Positions 63,390-64,000 of a stretch of DNA of 64,000 nt are shown here, piece after piece. Position 1 is the stretch's first letter; every line of letters starts with the position of its first letter. The position numbers were made by a program, and so were the translations under genes. The stretch lies in assembly GCF_028641065.1 (NCBI RefSeq), contig NC_073400.1, positions 31,930,001 through 31,994,000 on the forward strand, given 5' to 3'. The notes below the pieces were generated by a model. The model was not told the origin of the DNA. It saw only the letters and a list, made by a program, of their open reading frames with translations, and ran no database searches. The stretch is from Leucoraja erinacea. Taxonomy: Eukaryota.

Positions 63390-64000
63390 AAGGTGAAAGG
63401 GCAAAGCTTAAAGCAGATGTGCAGGGCAGTTATTTGACACAGTGGGTGGTGGGTGCCTGGCACGTGCTGCCAGGGGTGGGGGTGGTGGAGGCAGATATGA
63501 TATGGCATTTAAGAGACATTTGGATAGGCACATAAATATGCAGGGATTGGAGGGATGTAGATATGTGCAGGAAGATTAGAGTTGGTCTTGGCATCATGTC
63601 CAGCACACACGTTATGGGCCGAAGGGCCTGTTCCTGTGCTGCACTGTTCTATGTTCTACAACAGTAACTAAACTATGAACCATGGATTGTTTTTGGATGC
63701 ACGAAGGACTTTAGACTTTTTGCACTAGTATTGGGGTTATAAATTAATTGATTTTTTTGTTTATTAAATGTTCTCTATGAGTACGGTGTTTCCAAGCCTG
63801 TTCTGCTGCTTCAGGTAACGGCCCTGTCCCACGGTACGAGTTCATTCCAAGAGCTCTCCCGAGTTTGCCCTGATCTGAACTCGGAGATTTACGGTAATGG
63901 CCGCTCGTCGGTACTCGGGGCTCTCGTGGACTATTATCAACATGTTGAAAAATCTTCACGAGTCTTCCCGTGCTTACCTGCCGTTAGCGAGTCTTCCTGA

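Overview
Vertebrate genomic DNA, probably a cartilaginous fish such as a skate (inferred from the CR1, Rex1, Penelope and tRNA-SINE repeat content, not from a database search). Two gene types sit among dense transposon debris. (1) A GH18 chitinase of the CHIA/CHIT1 type on the minus strand: exons 1-8 and the start of exon 9 at 1-9848, and a second copy (exons 1-6, 34100-41690) cut by a 100-N gap at 33940-34039. (2) Head-to-head with it, a tandem array of small plus-strand genes I cannot assign to a named family. Each has a non-coding first exon and one coding exon for signal peptide + short pro-like segment ending in RNAR + one V-set Ig domain, with no transmembrane segment. There are five coding copies (12113 frameshifted, 22061, 29858, 43955, 54476) and two further promoters without a coding exon in view. 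The V domains differ mostly by replacement changes in CDR-like loops while flanking DNA stays nearly identical. Six of the seven promoters carry a perfect ER-stress element (CCAAT-N9-CCACG), and all carry a C/EBP-ATF site and a TATA box. The best candidate for an undescribed system is therefore a UPR-inducible, diversifying, secreted single-V-domain family next to a gut-type chitinase. The block 34040-~54400 repeats 2550-~22000 and may be a second haplotype rather than a true duplication.
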